DNA of 64,000 nucleotides from Eledone cirrhosa (GCA_964016885.1 OZ024763.1:9734001-9798000), one strand, 5' to 3'; counted from the first letter of the stretch, positions 1-13,011 are shown. The notes: a model not told the origin generated them from the sequence alone. Numbers and translations: made by a program.

Positions 1-533
1 TTGATGGTGATGGCTATGGTGTCACTGCTGTGGTGATGGCTATGGTATCACTGCTGTGATGGTGATGGCTATGGTGTCACTGCTGTGATGGTGATGGCTA
101 TGGTGTCACTGCTGTGATGGTGATGGCTATGGTATCACTGCTGCTGTGATGGTGATGGCTATGGTATCACTGCTGTTGATGGTGATGGCTATGGTGTCAC
201 TGCTGCTGTGATGGTGATGGCTATGGTATCACTGCTGTGATGGTGATGGCTATGGTGTCACTGCTGTGGTGATGGCTATGGTATCACTGCTGTGATGGTG
301 ATGGCTATGGTGTCACTGCTGTGATGGTGATGGCTATGGTGTCACTGCTGTGATGGTGATGGCTATGGTATCACTGCTGTTGATGGTGATGGCTATGGTG
401 TCACTGCTGCTGTGAAGGTGATGGCTATGGTGTCACTGCTGCTGTGATGGTGATGGCTATGGTATCACTGCTGTTGATGGTGATGGCTATGGTGTCACTG
501 CTGTGATGGTGATGGCTATGGTGTCACTGCTGC
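1..533. repeat. ~29-bp minisatellite (GATGGTGATGGCTATGGTRTCACTGCTGT)n
   Basis: Tandem unit directly visible from the window start. Confidence 0.95.
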
Positions 534-600
534 TTCTGCGACAGTTTAGATTTGCGACAAACCTGATACCAACAATTACCTGTAATTAACGTATATATAG

Positions 601-985
601 GTGGTGGTGGTGGTGGTGGTGATGGTGATGGTGATGGTGATGGTGGTGGTGTGGTGGTGTGGTGGTGTAACTGCTGGTGTTGATGTGATTATTGCTGTAG
701 TTATTGTCACCGGGATAATTTGTACAGTTGTTGCAATTCTTCATGCTGGTGATGGCGATGATGATGATGATGATGGTGATGGTGGTGATGGTGATGGTGA
801 TGGTGGTGATGGTAATGGTGATGGTGATGGTGGTGATGATGATGGTGGTGATGGTGGTGATGGTGATGGTGGTGATGGTAATGGTGATGGTGGTGATGGT
901 GATGGTGGTGGTGATGATGGTGGTGATGTCACCAGTATCATTGTTGTTCTGGTTCATGCTGCTACTGTTGTTGTTGTTGTTATTG
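601..985. repeat. (GGT/GAT)n trinucleotide microsatellite
   Basis: Low-complexity triplets; explains the poly-V/M/G/D ORFs. Confidence 0.95.
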
Positions 986-1289
986 CTGTCACCGCTGCTG
1001 GTACTACATACACAATATAGTCACTACTGCCACCATTAACCCCCACCATCACCTCTCCCCCACCACCACCACCTCCCACCACTCCAACATACTTCAGTGT
1101 AATACCATTACACCAGTGGTAGCAGTAGTTTATCACAGAGAGAAGACAGGAGTGATTACCTCGGCAGCACAGCTTCTGGGGTATCTGTTGCTAACATTAT
1201 GTCAATGTTGTGAGCTGATTTGGTGATGTTCATGCCATGTCCTCATCAAAGAAGTCATTGTTTTTTTTTTTATCTATTATCGTTGGTTT

Positions 1290-1940
1290 TATTGCTGTTG
1301 TTACTGTTGTTGTGGTGTTGGTGGTAGTGTAGTGGTGGTGGTGTAGTGGTGTTGGTGGTATAGTGATGGTGGTAGTGTAGTGGTGGTGGTGTTGGTGGTA
1401 TAGTGATGGTGGTAGTGTAGTGATGATGGTAGTGTAGTGGTGGTGGTGGTGTAGTGATGGTGGTAGTGTAGTGGTGGTGGTGGTGTAGTGATGATGGTAG
1501 TGTAGTGGTGGTGGTGGTGTAGTGATGATGGTAGTGTAGTGGTGGTGGTGGTGTAGTGATGGTGGTAGTGTAGTGGTGGTGGTGTAGTGGTGTTGGTAGT
1601 GTAGTGATGGTGGTAGTATAGTGGTGGTTGTGTAGTGGTGGTGGTGGTAGTGTAGTGGTGTTGGTGGTGGTGGTGTAATGGTGGTGGTGTAGAGATGGTA
1701 GTAGTGTAGTGGTGTTGGTGGTGTAGTGGTGTTGGTAGTGTAGTGGTTTTGGTGGTGTAGTGGTGTTGGTGGTGTAGTGGTGGTGGTGGTAGTGTAGTGA
1801 TAGTGGTAGTATAGTGGTGTTGGTGGTGTAATGGTGTAGTGGTGGTGGTAGTGTAGTGGTGTTGGTGGTGGTGGTAGTGTAGTGGTGTTGGAGGTGGTAT
1901 AGTAGTGGTGGTAGTATAGTGATATTGATGGTGTGGTGAT
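1290..1940. repeat. (GTA/GTG)n compound microsatellite
   Basis: GTAGTGGTG low complexity. Confidence 0.95.
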
Positions 1941-2134
1941 GTTCATGTATCTTGTTCATAGAACTTTTTTTTTTTGTTGTTGCAGTTGTTGTTGGCTGTA
2001 TCATTGTTGTGTGGTGGAGTTCATGCCATACCTGAGCCATATAACTCATTGTTATTGTGGTGGTGTGGTGGAGTTCATCTTAGTTAGCTCATTTGTTTAT
2101 TATTGTTGTTATTGTTGTTGTTATTGTTGTTATT

Positions 2135-2238
2135 CAGTATTGGTAGAGCATCAGACACCATGCCTTGCAGCATAGAGTTATGGTCCTTTACACTCTCACT
2201 TCAAACTGCTGGCCTTCTGCCTAAAGTAGAAACCATTA
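2135..2238 (+). mobile_element. Internally deleted tRNA-derived SINE (family 1)
   Basis: Matches head (CAGTATTGGTAGAGCATCAGAC) and tail (GCCTAAAGTAGAAAC) of fuller copies at 11970 and 36222. Confidence 0.75.
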
Positions 2239-2239
2239 T

Positions 2240-2872
2240 TTGTTGTTGTTGTTGTTGTTACTGTTGTTGTTACTGTTGTTGTTGTTACTGCTATTGTTGT
2301 TGTTGTTATTGTTACTGTTGTTATTGTTGTTGTTACTGCTGTTGTTGTTTGCCAACTGTTTATATTTCCTTTATATTATACTTACTTTCTAAAACCTATT
2401 TTCATATCTTTTTTATCATTTAATTGTATCTCCTTCCTTAGTAGTAGTAGTGAGAATAGTAGTAGTGTTGGTGGTAGTAGTAGTAGTATTGGTGGTAGTA
2501 GTAGTAGTAGTATTGGTGGTAGTATTAGTAGTACTGGTAGTAGTAGTAGTGTTGGTGGTAGTATTAGTAGTATTGGTAGTAGTAGTAGTGGTAATAGTAG
2601 TAGTAGTAGTGTTGGTGGTAGTAGTAGTAGTATTGGTAGTAGTAGTAGTGGTAGTGTTGGTAGTAGTAGTAGTGGTAGTGTTGGTGGTAATAGTAGTGTT
2701 GGTGGTGGTGGTAGTAGTAGTAGTGTTGGTGGTAGTAGTAGTTGTGTTGGTGGTAATAGTAGTAGTAGTGTTGGTGGTAGTAGTAGTGGCAGTAGTAGTA
2801 GTGGTGGTGGTGGTGGTAGTAAAAGTAGTAGTAGTAATAGTAGTAGTAGTGGCAGTAGTAGTAGTAGTTGTT
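2240..2872. repeat. (TGT)n and (AGT)n microsatellites
   Basis: Direct inspection. Confidence 0.95.
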
Positions 2873-3467
2873 TGTGTATTGTTAATATTTTCTTTATATT
2901 AAACATATTTAATTGTAGCTATATTCTGTATGACTGTATTGTAAGAGGTGACCCAAAGTGTTGGCACCAGGAAGGACCCAACAATACATTCATAACCTCT
3001 CATAACATTGTATTCCTGCATGTCGTAAGAGGTAACTAAAAGGGTTGGTGTTAGTAAGAAACATTGCTTCAAAAAGAAGCCCATGATAAGTATGAAGCTT
3101 GTAATGGAGCCCCACAAAGCTAACCCCTGCTTTAACAGAAAATCGTCTTTACCTGTTTCATAACAAACTGCCTGAAGCCACCTCTAGTTCTATGATACAA
3201 ACTTATTTTAAAGTGTTTACATTTATGTAAATCCTTCCATCATAATTTTATGTAAGAACCTTCATTAAGTTATATTCCAAACACTAGCTTATTAATGAGA
3301 AAGTTAGTTATATTCTACATGCCACCAAATTGTTGATTATTTTCAATATGATTTGCAAAATCACAGACAGTGATTTTCAGTATAAATAAGGCAATAAAAG
3401 AATTTATTTGAATTATATTTTATTCCTAATTTTCTTGTTTTTCTATATTTCATTGCCACCGAAACAG

Positions 3468-3609
3468 ACGCAAAATCTAAAATTCTGTGCAAAGTGTGTG
3501 AAAAAGAATGTCAAAGAAGTTAATAAAAGGAGCTTTATCTCTTGAAAACTATGGCGCCATCAAAAAAGATTCTGATGATCATGTCAAGATTCTGGACTCA
3601 CCAGAGGAG
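3468..3609 (+). CDS. Candidate host-gene exon with possible start codon (ATG 3508; MSKKLIKGALSLENYGAIKKDSDDHVKILDSPEE, phase-0 donor)
   Basis: Pyrimidine tract plus CAG acceptor at 3465-3467, strong GAG|GTAAGC donor at 3610, non-repetitive sequence; no homology recognised. Confidence 0.45.
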
Positions 3610-3702
3610 GTAAGCCTTACTATATAATTGTCTTGTTCTTAGGTTCAAATTTTAACGTTTCTTCTACGTTTCCCTCAATCTTATCCTCTACAAACCCTTC
3701 AT

Positions 3703-3830
3703 GTGAAGGCATGTAGTCTATTGGTTGCTGGGTTCAACTTACAATCATCAGTTTGGGGGGTTCAATTCCAGGACTGGACAACAGGTTATGTGCTTGAGCA
3801 AGACACTTCATTTTCACATAGCTCTCAGTT
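3703..3830 (+). mobile_element. tRNA-derived SINE (family 2), degenerate
   Basis: Box B-like GGTTCAATTCC followed by GTGCTTGAGCAAGACACTT core, as at 42818 and 63140. Confidence 0.65.
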
Positions 3831-4032
3831 AAAAAAAAAAAAAAAATTAAACATATCAGTGGGCAACTGAAGGTAAACATAAAATGGACTGATGTCCAAT
3901 CAAGTGAGGAGACTTTTCATGATAGATCTGGGAGGCCTCTGTCATTAAACCACCTGAGAAACCTTCTATGAGACTACATCTCATAGGAGTCCAGCTAAAC
4001 ATACTTAGGTGTGAGATAAATATATATATATG

Positions 4033-6530
4033 ATGTTATAAACTTTTTGGGGTGGGAATGACAATGGGCTGGGTGGAGTAGGAATTATTATGTTAGCAGA
4101 AAAATGGGTAGATAAGGTAATTGACGTAAATAGAGTGAATGACAGAATAATTAAAATAAAACTTGTTCTAAATAGAATTACTGTGACAATATCTGCTTAT
4201 GCACCCCAATCTGGTCTACCTGACGTTATAAAAGACAGGTTCTATGAGTCGTGAATGCTCACTACCTCCCAAATAACCAACAGTGACTACATAATTATTG
4301 GTGGCAACCTAAATGGTCATGTTGGACAACATTGTGATGGCTATGATGGAATCCATGGAGGCTATGGGTTTGGTACTAGAAATTAGGAAGGCTTCAGAAT
4401 CCTGGAATTCTGTCACGTAAATAACCTATCTGTAACACAAATTTCAAAAAATGAAATAATCACTTGATCACCTATAGATCAGGGGAGCACACCAGCCAAA
4501 TAGATTATATCCTTACTAGAAGATGTGACAGAGGGTCTGTTGTAAACACTAAGTCCCTACCCCGTGAAGAATGCACATCCCAACATAGCTTCATAGATAG
4601 TGACCTCATAGTCAAGACTAGACGTACTCAACGTCAGAGGAGGACTACTTTGAGGAGAAGAATATGGAAGTTGAAGAACCCCACAGCCAGTAACAAATTT
4701 AAAAGCATATTACTTGATGCTTTTGACAGTAAGGAAGAGCAATTAGAGACGTACGATATAGAGGAACAGTGGGAATTCTTGAAAGTTAACCTGCTGAAGG
4801 CGACAGATAAAATCTGTGGCTGGAGCAGACCTATAGGCAGGAGGAGAGTGACTTGGTGGTGGAACAGTAAGGTGGAGGAGACAATCAAGGCCAAAAAGCA
4901 AGCTTGAAAAATATGTCGGGATGGGGGAAGTAGAGAACACTACCAAGTGGCCAGGAGAGAAGCTAGGAGACAAGTGTACCTTTCAAAAAAGGAAGCAGGG
5001 ATAGAAAGTTCAAGCATGTTCTACAACGCGAGGCCCAAAAACGTGAGGTGTTCAGGATCGCAAGACAATGTGTCAAGGAAAACCGTGATATTGTTGGGGA
5101 GGAGTGTGTCCATAATGATGATGGTGTACTTGCCCTCACTGATAATGATAAGAAGGTAGCTTGGAAGTATCATTATGAGAGACTATTGAATGAGGAGAAT
5201 AAATGAAATAAAGACAGTCTGCCCCACATCGATCCAATAGATGGACCAGCAGTGCAAGTTAATGGTGGTATAATAAATAAGGCAATCAAAGATATGAAGA
5301 CAGGCAAGGCAGCTGGGTCTTCGGACATAGTTGCTGAGATGTTGAAGGCATCTAGAATGGTGGGACATACTATGGTCACCCGGATAGTAAACCAAATAAT
5401 ACAGAATAGGGTCATACCAAATGACTGGCTTAACAGCATCATCATTAACTGTTACAAGGGTAAAGGAGATGCTCTAGATAGGGGAAACTATAGAGGCATT
5501 AAGTTAGTTGAACAGGTTCTGAAGTTCACATAAAGAGTTATAGCACAACTAATCAGAGATCGAATTGATCTAGATGAAATGCAGTTTGGGTTTGTGTCAG
5601 GTTTGGGTTTGTACCACAGATGTTCTTTTCCTTGTACGACAATTACAGAAGTACCTAGCTAAAAATAAACCCCTCTACTTAGTTTGTGTTGACTTGGAGA
5701 AAGCCTTTGACAGAGTCCCCCGCTCCATTATCTGGTGGGCCCTTAGAAAACTAGGTGTAGATGAATGGCTTGTGAAAGCTATACAAGCCATGTATAAAGC
5801 AACAGTCAGTAAAGGTTAGAATTAACAATGAATTTGGTGAAAAATTTAGCGAAAAGTTGGTATTCATCAATGCTCTGTCCTTAACCCCTTCCTGTTTATT
5901 ATTGCCCTTCAGGCTATAACAGAGGAGTTTAAGACCTGCTGCCCATGGGAACTTCTATACGCAGATGATCTAACTCTTATAGCTGAATGTACGGCCAAAC
6001 TAGAAAAGAAATTCCAAACATGGAAGCATGGCCTAGAATCAAAAGGCCTTAAAGTTAACTTGTCTAAGACTAAAGTTCTAGTATGTAAAAAGTAAAATAG
6101 GACACAGGTGCCCTCTGGGAAATGGCCATGCTCAGTGTGTAGGAAAGGATTAGGTAGAAATTCAATTCTATGCCCCAAATGCAAACTATGGGTACATGAA
6201 AGATATAATTGGATCACAGGTAAGCTATCTAAGAATGTAGATTTTTATATGTGGCCAATGCTCAGGTGCAATAAGTAGCAAGTGCCCAAAGGATACTAGC
6301 TCCTTCTATTGCCCAGATGGTTCTATAGAAATAGTGAACACTTTCCGTTGTTACCTGGGTGACAAAATCAACAGTGGTGTAGGGTGCTCTGAAAGTACAG
6401 TAGCCAGTTAGAACAGGACGGAAAAAGTTCAGAGAACTTATACCACTGTTGTCCACAAAAGGTTTCTCCCTAAAAATGAAAGGCAGATTGTATGATGCTT
6501 GTATACGAACAGCAATGTTACATGGCAGCG
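4033..6530 (+). mobile_element. RTE-clade LINE, subfamily A (APE endonuclease + RT), multiple stops/frameshifts
   Basis: SAYAPQ, SQIDYIL, CYKGKGDALDRGNYRGIKL, DLEKAFDRVPR, LLYADD motifs across frames. Confidence 0.93.
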
Positions 6531-8030
6531 AGGCTTGGAAAAATGGTGGGAGTTGAGACTGATACACAGCTGCTAAGAGAGAAGCTAGACGTCAGGTGTA
6601 CTTAGCACACAGGGAAGCTGAGAGTAGGAGGTTTGCCAATGTTCTGTGACAGAAGATCAGAGACGTGCGTTGTTCCGCATTGCAAGGCAGTGTGTTAGTG
6701 TAAATCAGGATGTTGTTGGAGATAAGTGTGTTCGAAATGATGCTGGTGCACCTAGTGTCATTGATGCTCAGAAAAAGGAGGCCTGGAAATGAGAGACTGA
6801 TGAATGTTGAGAATGAATGGGAGAGAGAGAAACTACCCCCAGTAGACCCGACAGAGCGACCAGCTATTGAGATTGACGAATATAGGGTCAAAGTGGCAAT
6901 TAAGGAAATGAAAAATGGTAAGGATGCTGGACTATCTGGCATAGTTGATGAGATACTGAAAGCATCAGGGTTAGGGTTAGACGTAAGCACTAAATTGGTT
7001 GCACGCATCATCAATCAGGCTATATATAGCGGAGTCATACCCAAAGACTAGTGCAGCAGTATTCTTATAATTTTCTACAAAGGTAAAGGGGATGCTCTGG
7101 AGAGGAGCAATTATAGGGGCATAAAACTGATCAGGTTATGAAAGTGGCAGAAAGAATACTAGTTAAAGAAAGTGTCAAATTAGATGAGATGTAGTTTGGT
7201 TTTGTGCCTGGGAAATGTACAACAGATGCCCTCTTCTTAGTGAGACAACTATAAGAGAGGTTCTTAGAGAAGAATAAGCCATTATATTTAGCTTTGATAG
7301 AGTACCCTGATCTATCATCTGGTGGTCCCTAAGGAAACTAGGTGTAGAGGAATAGCTTGTAGGACAGTGCAAGCTATGTACATGGGTGCTGTCAGTAAAG
7401 TCAGGGTAGGAATGGAGTTTAGTGAGGAATTCCAGATACAAGTAGGAGTACATCAGGGTTCGGTCCTCAGCCCGCTCTTGTTCATTATAATCCTCAAAGC
7501 CATAAAAGAGGAGTTTTATTAGGAGAATCAGTAGAGGAGCTAGAGAATAAATTCTGACTAAGGAAACACCAATTGGAATCAAGAGGACTGAGAGTGAACC
7601 TAGCTAAGACTAAAATGTTGATAAGTAGAAAAGAGGACAAAACTCTGATTCCATCAGGGAAATGGCCATGTTCAATATGTAGAAAAAGAGTTGGCATAAA
7701 CTCTATAGAATGTACACAATACAGATCTTGGGTACACAAGAGATGTAGCGGGATAGCAGGCAAACTAACAGGAAGGGAAAACTTTATATGTAGTAGATGT
7801 TCAGGGAAATTTGACAGTAGAAGTTGCAGTGATAGACACATTTTTCAAATGCAGGTAGGATCTATAGAGGTGGTTGATAACTTCCGATACCTAGGTGATC
7901 AGATTAGCAAGGGAGGAGGGTGCTCCGAGGCCATAGTATCTAGAATGAGGATGGGTTGGAAGAAGTTTATGGAGCTGCTTCCTCTGTTGACAAAGAAGGG
8001 TTTCTCCCTATGAACGAAAACCCGGTTATA
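6531..8030 (+). mobile_element. RTE LINE subfamily B fragment, joined to the previous element; YADD segment deleted
   Basis: GVHQGSVLSPLLF, KWPCSIC, FRYLGD motifs; matches 14525-15495 and 26330-27140. Confidence 0.9.
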
Positions 8031-8097
8031 ACAACCCAATTAAAACAGTGTATGGAAGGAATATATTAGGTTAACGCTTGAAATAGCAGGAAGAGGG

Positions 8098-8133
8098 TCT
8101 TAACATTTCAGATGCTAGTCCTTCGTCAGAAGA
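8098..8133 (-). ncRNA. Minimal type-I hammerhead ribozyme motif (slightly decayed)
   Basis: Minus strand: UCUU CUGACGA aGGAcuagcaUCU GAAA UG UU AAGA; paralog at 33865 reads GAAACGUA. Confidence 0.55.
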
Positions 8134-8849
8134 AAGAATGGGAAATTAGATAGATTGAAAGGACAGGCAGAGTGGAATCGGAAAAAAATGTTTTATACGG
8201 GAACACACAGTTCCACACTGTAAACATGGTTGTTGTTAGGAAGGACATTTAGCAGCCGTAAGAGCAAGGTACGGCGTGGTCAACTGGTCAGCCCCCTCTC
8301 ATAATGGGACCACCCAGTTCCACACTATAAACATGGTTGGTGTTAGGAATGGCATCCAGTCAAAATACAGTTCCGTTTGAGCAAGGCACGGCGCACTCAA
8401 ATGACCAGACACTCCTTACAACGGGACTACCCAGTTTCACTCTGTAAAGATGGTTAGTTTTAGGAAGGGCATCCAGGTGTAAAAAAAGAGAAACGGCCAA
8501 AATGCAGTTCCATTCGAGCAAGGTACGGCGCGTCAGGACTTGTTTCATTAACGTGGACGACCCATGCAAAGAAGAGAAATGGGACGTTAACCAGTTATAA
8601 AGACCAGTTATATAGCAAAGGTAAATATATAACTCAAATGTATATGGAGAATGTTATACGATAGTATATAACTGCCAAGTAGTTTCCAATTAGCTTTATA
8701 TTATTGGTCCGAAAAAAGGTCGATTTTTTTTAGGGAAAAAAAGTTGGAAAGTGTATATATGTGTGTGTTTGCATATATATAAATGTCTATATGTGTGTGT
8801 GTGTATATATATATATACACATATATATATATACATTTATATATATATA

Positions 8850-8889
<40 letters not shown>

Positions 8890-9684
8890 AATGTATATAT
8901 ATATATGTGTATATAGAAGTGGTTACACAATGTGTATATATATATATAAATGTATATATATATATATATTTAAAATAACAGATTAAAGTTTAAGCAAAGA
9001 ATCGCTGCTTTCATCCTACGGTTCTTATATATTTGATATATATTTATCCTTATCGAGCCCTCTTTGGATTTCAGTCTTCAAATTTATTATTATTACTATA
9101 TATATATATAGTAATAATAAATTTGAAATATAATAAATAAATATATATATATATATATATATATGAATAAAGAATGACCAGGATTTAAATTAAATCATTT
9201 AACTGATTGACGAATGTTATAATCGATTAAAATAACGGATATCCATTCTTGCTATATTAATCTCTTCCGAATCTATTAAAAAAACATTAATTGTTTCTAG
9301 TTTAGGCACAAGGCCAGCAATTATCCAGTACATTACTGGTACTTTATTTTATCGACCCCGTAAGGATGAAAGGCAAAGTTAACCTCGGCGGGACCAACAC
9401 ATGTCCATAAGACAATCACGGAAACCCGTAAATGTAAACAAATTCAAATACTGTTGGGGAAACGTTAAAATTTTATGCAAATCAAAACGCAATTTATTAG
9501 TAATAGAATAGTAAACTGTATTTTATTACATTTGTATAAACTTACAGTAGAATAACGTTGCAAATGTTTTAAATATATACATAAATAACATAACAAATGC
9601 GTAAATAACATTATAAATTGCTCGTAATTCGTTCAGGACATTACAAATATGTTTAAACCCTTTATAATAACACAATAATATAAA

Positions 9685-10850
9685 TTTATTGAACAAAAAT
9701 GATAAAGGAAAGACAAAAAAAGGGGGTGGGGTGCAAGTCACCACCAAGTGCGACAATTGACCGCACCTCACACCTTAGGGGTTTACTACACACTCTGAGG
9801 CAAGCCAACACGCTCGCAGCCTTACCACGGGTGTTGGCGAGGCTAAGGGGCTGAAATAACCTGGCACCCTCACTAGACATCTCCTGACACCTCGGTAAGG
9901 TGAGGTGATGGCGAAGCTAAGGGGCTGAAATAACCTGGCACCCTCATAGACATCCCCTGACACCTTGGTAAGGTGAGGTGATGGCGAGGCTAAGGGGCTG
10001 AAATAACCTGGCACCCTCACTAGACATCCCCTGACACCTTGATAAGGTGAGGTGATGGCGAGGCTAAGGGGCTGAAATAACCTGGCACCCTCACTAGACA
10101 TCCCCTGACACCTTGGTAAGGTGAGGTGATGGCGAGGCTAAGGGGCTGAAATAACCTGGCACCCTCATAGACATCCCCTGACACCTTGGTAAGGTGAGGT
10201 GATGGCGAGGCTAAGGGGCTGAAATAACCTGGCACCCTCACTAGACATCCCCTGACACCTTGATAAGGTGAGGTGATGGCGAGGCTAAGGGGCTGAAATA
10301 ACCTGGCACCCTCACTAGACATCTCCTGACACCACGGTAAGGTGAGGTGATGGCGAAGCTAAGGGGCTGAAATAACCTGGCACCCTCATAGACATCCCCT
10401 GACACCTCGGTAAGGTGAGGTGATGGCGAGGCTAAGGGACTGAAATAAGCTGGCACCCTCACAGACATCCCCTGACACCTCGGTAAGGTGAGCTGCCATT
10501 GAAGACAAGTCGCTGCCAGCTGCCCAACTCCACCAAACATCTCGAACACTACAGGCTGGAAAAAAATTATTATTTGATAAGTTCAGCTATTTCTGAATGT
10601 TATTCCATTCGGCAGCAGAAGCAGTGACCCCCACATTCACTGTAGCGTCCATGATATGGGAGGGAGCAAAAGAGTCACTGAGTGTGACGTCCCAGATGAG
10701 ACATCTACCTCTCATCCACAGACAAGGGGTAAGACCGTTTGGTCTCTTCACATCACTTCTGGATAAACCAGCCGGCTCCAGAACTGTGGAGATATTTACC
10801 CGGGTTAGGGCCCGTTTGATGATCAGGTTTAACTCGGTGTGAGAGGAAGG
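9685..10850 (-). mobile_element. CRE-like non-LTR retrotransposon 3' end (restriction-like endonuclease) interrupted by an internal tandem array
   Basis: HTELNLIIKRAL..LEPAGLSRSDVKRPNGLT..WDVT..AAE, F.P..FE.FG, and LFQPLSLANTRGKAASVL; AATAAA on minus at about 9685-9690. Confidence 0.8.
9835..10492. repeat. 73/74-bp minisatellite, 9 copies, with 221-bp (3-unit) higher-order period
   Basis: GGCTAAGGGGCTGAAATAACCTGGCACCCTCA recurs at 74,73,74,74,73,74,74,73-bp spacing. Confidence 0.95.
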
Positions 10851-10941
10851 TGCAGTAACTAAAGATATACTAAGACTATTACACACAGATACACATACTA
10901 CTTGCCAAATTAAAGTTATAGGTATACAACTATAACATAGA

Positions 10942-11648
10942 GTCTGTTTCCCAACCTTATTTTTAGCCAGCGCCCCCTTTGGGCGCAAACTGTTTGTCAA
11001 CGCCCTCCTCCCCTGATACTGCATTCATCTTGCATAGAAAGATGATACTTAGCTATTAGTGCAAAAGTAATTTTAATATTGTCTTAATTTTCCAAAGCCA
11101 AAAATAGTGTTTTAGCTGAGGTGTAATTTTATAATTAAAACAAATTCAAAATTTAAATTTCGGAACATAAGACTTACTACGTTTTCTGGTGAATGACTGC
11201 AGCTGAAATGGGTACAAAATCTAAAACAAATGTGCGTGGTTGGGCCTTTAATCGTCAGGGGTCAATTTAAGTTCAATCGCAGAAAGGAATTCAAAACAGC
11301 AACACACTCACATAGACGCAATCATCCAAACATACATAAACACACATATCAGCCATTCCCAAAAGCCAGTTTCATCCAAAATTCTGACCACCATTCTTTA
11401 TATATTTGCACACAAATACACAGATTCGGCTTTTCGCTTTTATTCATTGTTTGTTTCTTTTCTTTTAGTCGTCTATCACCATTCATTTGTTTTTGTTTTG
11501 GGGGTTTCACTTTAGTGACACTAGTTACACCTGGTACCAAAAAATGGACAATGCCACCGCCCACCTAAGTATATTCACCGCCCCCCAAATGAAATAAAAA
11601 CTCCCAGCTCCCACAAGAGGGAGCTAACGCCCACGTTGGAAAATAGAC
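10942..11648. mobile_element. Probable non-autonomous hAT-type DNA transposon
   Basis: Imperfect TIRs GTCTGTTTCCCAAC / GTTGGAAAATAGAC with GC-rich subterminal motifs; TSD unclear. Confidence 0.5.
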
Positions 11649-11659
11649 ATAGACGTTTA

Positions 11660-11870
11660 ATAATTGTTTCTACTTTTGGCACAAGGCCAGCAATTATCCA
11701 GATACATTACTGGTACTTTATTTTATAGAGCCCGTATGGATGAAAGACAAAGTTAAGTTAATACTGACAGCCAAAAGTTAACCTCGGCGGGATTTGAACT
11801 CAGACCGTAAAGGGACGTAACTATGCTGGAAAGCATGGCGTCCGGTCCTCTACCAATACTGCCAATTCAT
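11660..11870 (-). mobile_element. tRNA-derived SINE family 1
   Basis: Reverse complement of 11970-12155; box B GAGTTCAAATCCC. Confidence 0.85.
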
Positions 11871-11969
11871 GAAGTTATAAAATTAACATTAATAGTATAT
11901 TAAGAAAAACAACACAAAACCTATGCCAACTTAATTCAGTAAAATCTTCGGATGTTAGTCGTCACATTT

Positions 11970-12155
11970 GTGGATTGGCAGTATCGGTAGAGGGTCGGAC
12001 GCCATGCTTTGAGGCATAGAGTTACGGCCCTTTCCAGTCTGAGTTCAAATCCCGCCAAGATTAACTTTGCCTTTCATCCTTACGGGGTCGATAAAATAAA
12101 GTACCAGTAATGCACTGGCTAATTGTTGGCCTTGTACCAAAAGTAGAAACAATTA
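11970..12155 (+). mobile_element. tRNA-derived SINE family 1 (near full length)
   Basis: Box A-like TGGCAGTATCGG, box B GAGTTCAAATCCC, AAT tail; more than 10 copies in the window. Confidence 0.88.
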
Positions 12156-12487
12156 TTATTATCAATAACTAAGAGAAGGTCTAACTTATAATTTAAAATA
12201 TATTAATAGAGACGACAGACGACTTTTAGAATAAATAGCGATGATAAGTATAAAGGTAATCAGGGACATTCATATATCAGAATGGAAGCGGTAAAAACAT
12301 GTTAGAAACGCAGGAGCTCAGCCGTCCCGAATTTTTCGTGTATATATATATATAAGCAAAGAGATATTTAATTTGTTGGTTATTCAACAAATTTATTTAT
12401 AACTGATTCAGAGCACTCGACAATTTTTCTGGAGTATAATATTCAATGATATTAAATAAATGGAAACTATATTTATAAAACCATATT

Positions 12488-12548
12488 TATTTTATTATAT
12501 ATATTTCAAGGGTACCAAAACTTTGGTACACTTTCATCAGATAAAATA
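12488..12548 (-). ncRNA. Type-I hammerhead ribozyme (UAUUUUAU family)
   Basis: UAUUUUAU CUGAUGA [AAG.GUACCAAA/UUUGGUAC.CUU] GAAA UAUAUA UA AUAAAAUA: 8-bp stem I, long stem II, palindromic stem III. Confidence 0.8.
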
Positions 12549-12960
12549 CAAACTGTGTTTTATAAATGGTGACATCCCAAGAAACCAGACCTTATCGGTT
12601 CAGGTTCAGTTTGTCCAAACCCTATTTTATAAATATAGTTTCCATTTATTAATATCATTGAAATATATATATATATTGTCAATATTACGACATGGCCCTC
12701 TCCAATATATATATATATGTGTGTATCCCGGGTTAAATCAGGGGTAACCACAGTAAGTAACTGAAACAGTTCTAGTCCTGTAGAAGCCATTTCTATATTA
12801 AATGTGTGTGTGTGTGTGTGTGTATATAAATATATTCGGTATATAAGGATGCAATTCACTTCTAGCACTCAACGCCATATTCCCAATGTCAGGGGTGACG
12901 GAGTATATTAATAAAGATGAAAATGCGAAGTTGAAGGTGTTAGAGTCCTTTATTATTTGA

Positions 12961-13011
12961 GCCATTATATATATTTCAATGGCGATAAACATTGTGATCT
13001 CTTCAGACAGC
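12961..13011 (-). ncRNA. Type-I hammerhead ribozyme motif
   Basis: GCUGU CUGAAGA ... GAAA UAUAUA UA AUGGC; stem II weak. Confidence 0.6.

Noticed and set aside
1155-1235. Possible minus-strand exon with AG|GTAATC donor
   Set aside because: No convincing acceptor, upstream stops, and embedded in low-complexity DNA.
586-2906. Long ORFs rich in His/Thr/Val/Pro/Leu
   Set aside because: Translations of trinucleotide microsatellites that are open in several frames and on both strands.
9835-10492. CRISPR-like regular repeat
   Set aside because: No unique spacers, no cas genes, eukaryotic context; the unit derives from a LINE ORF.
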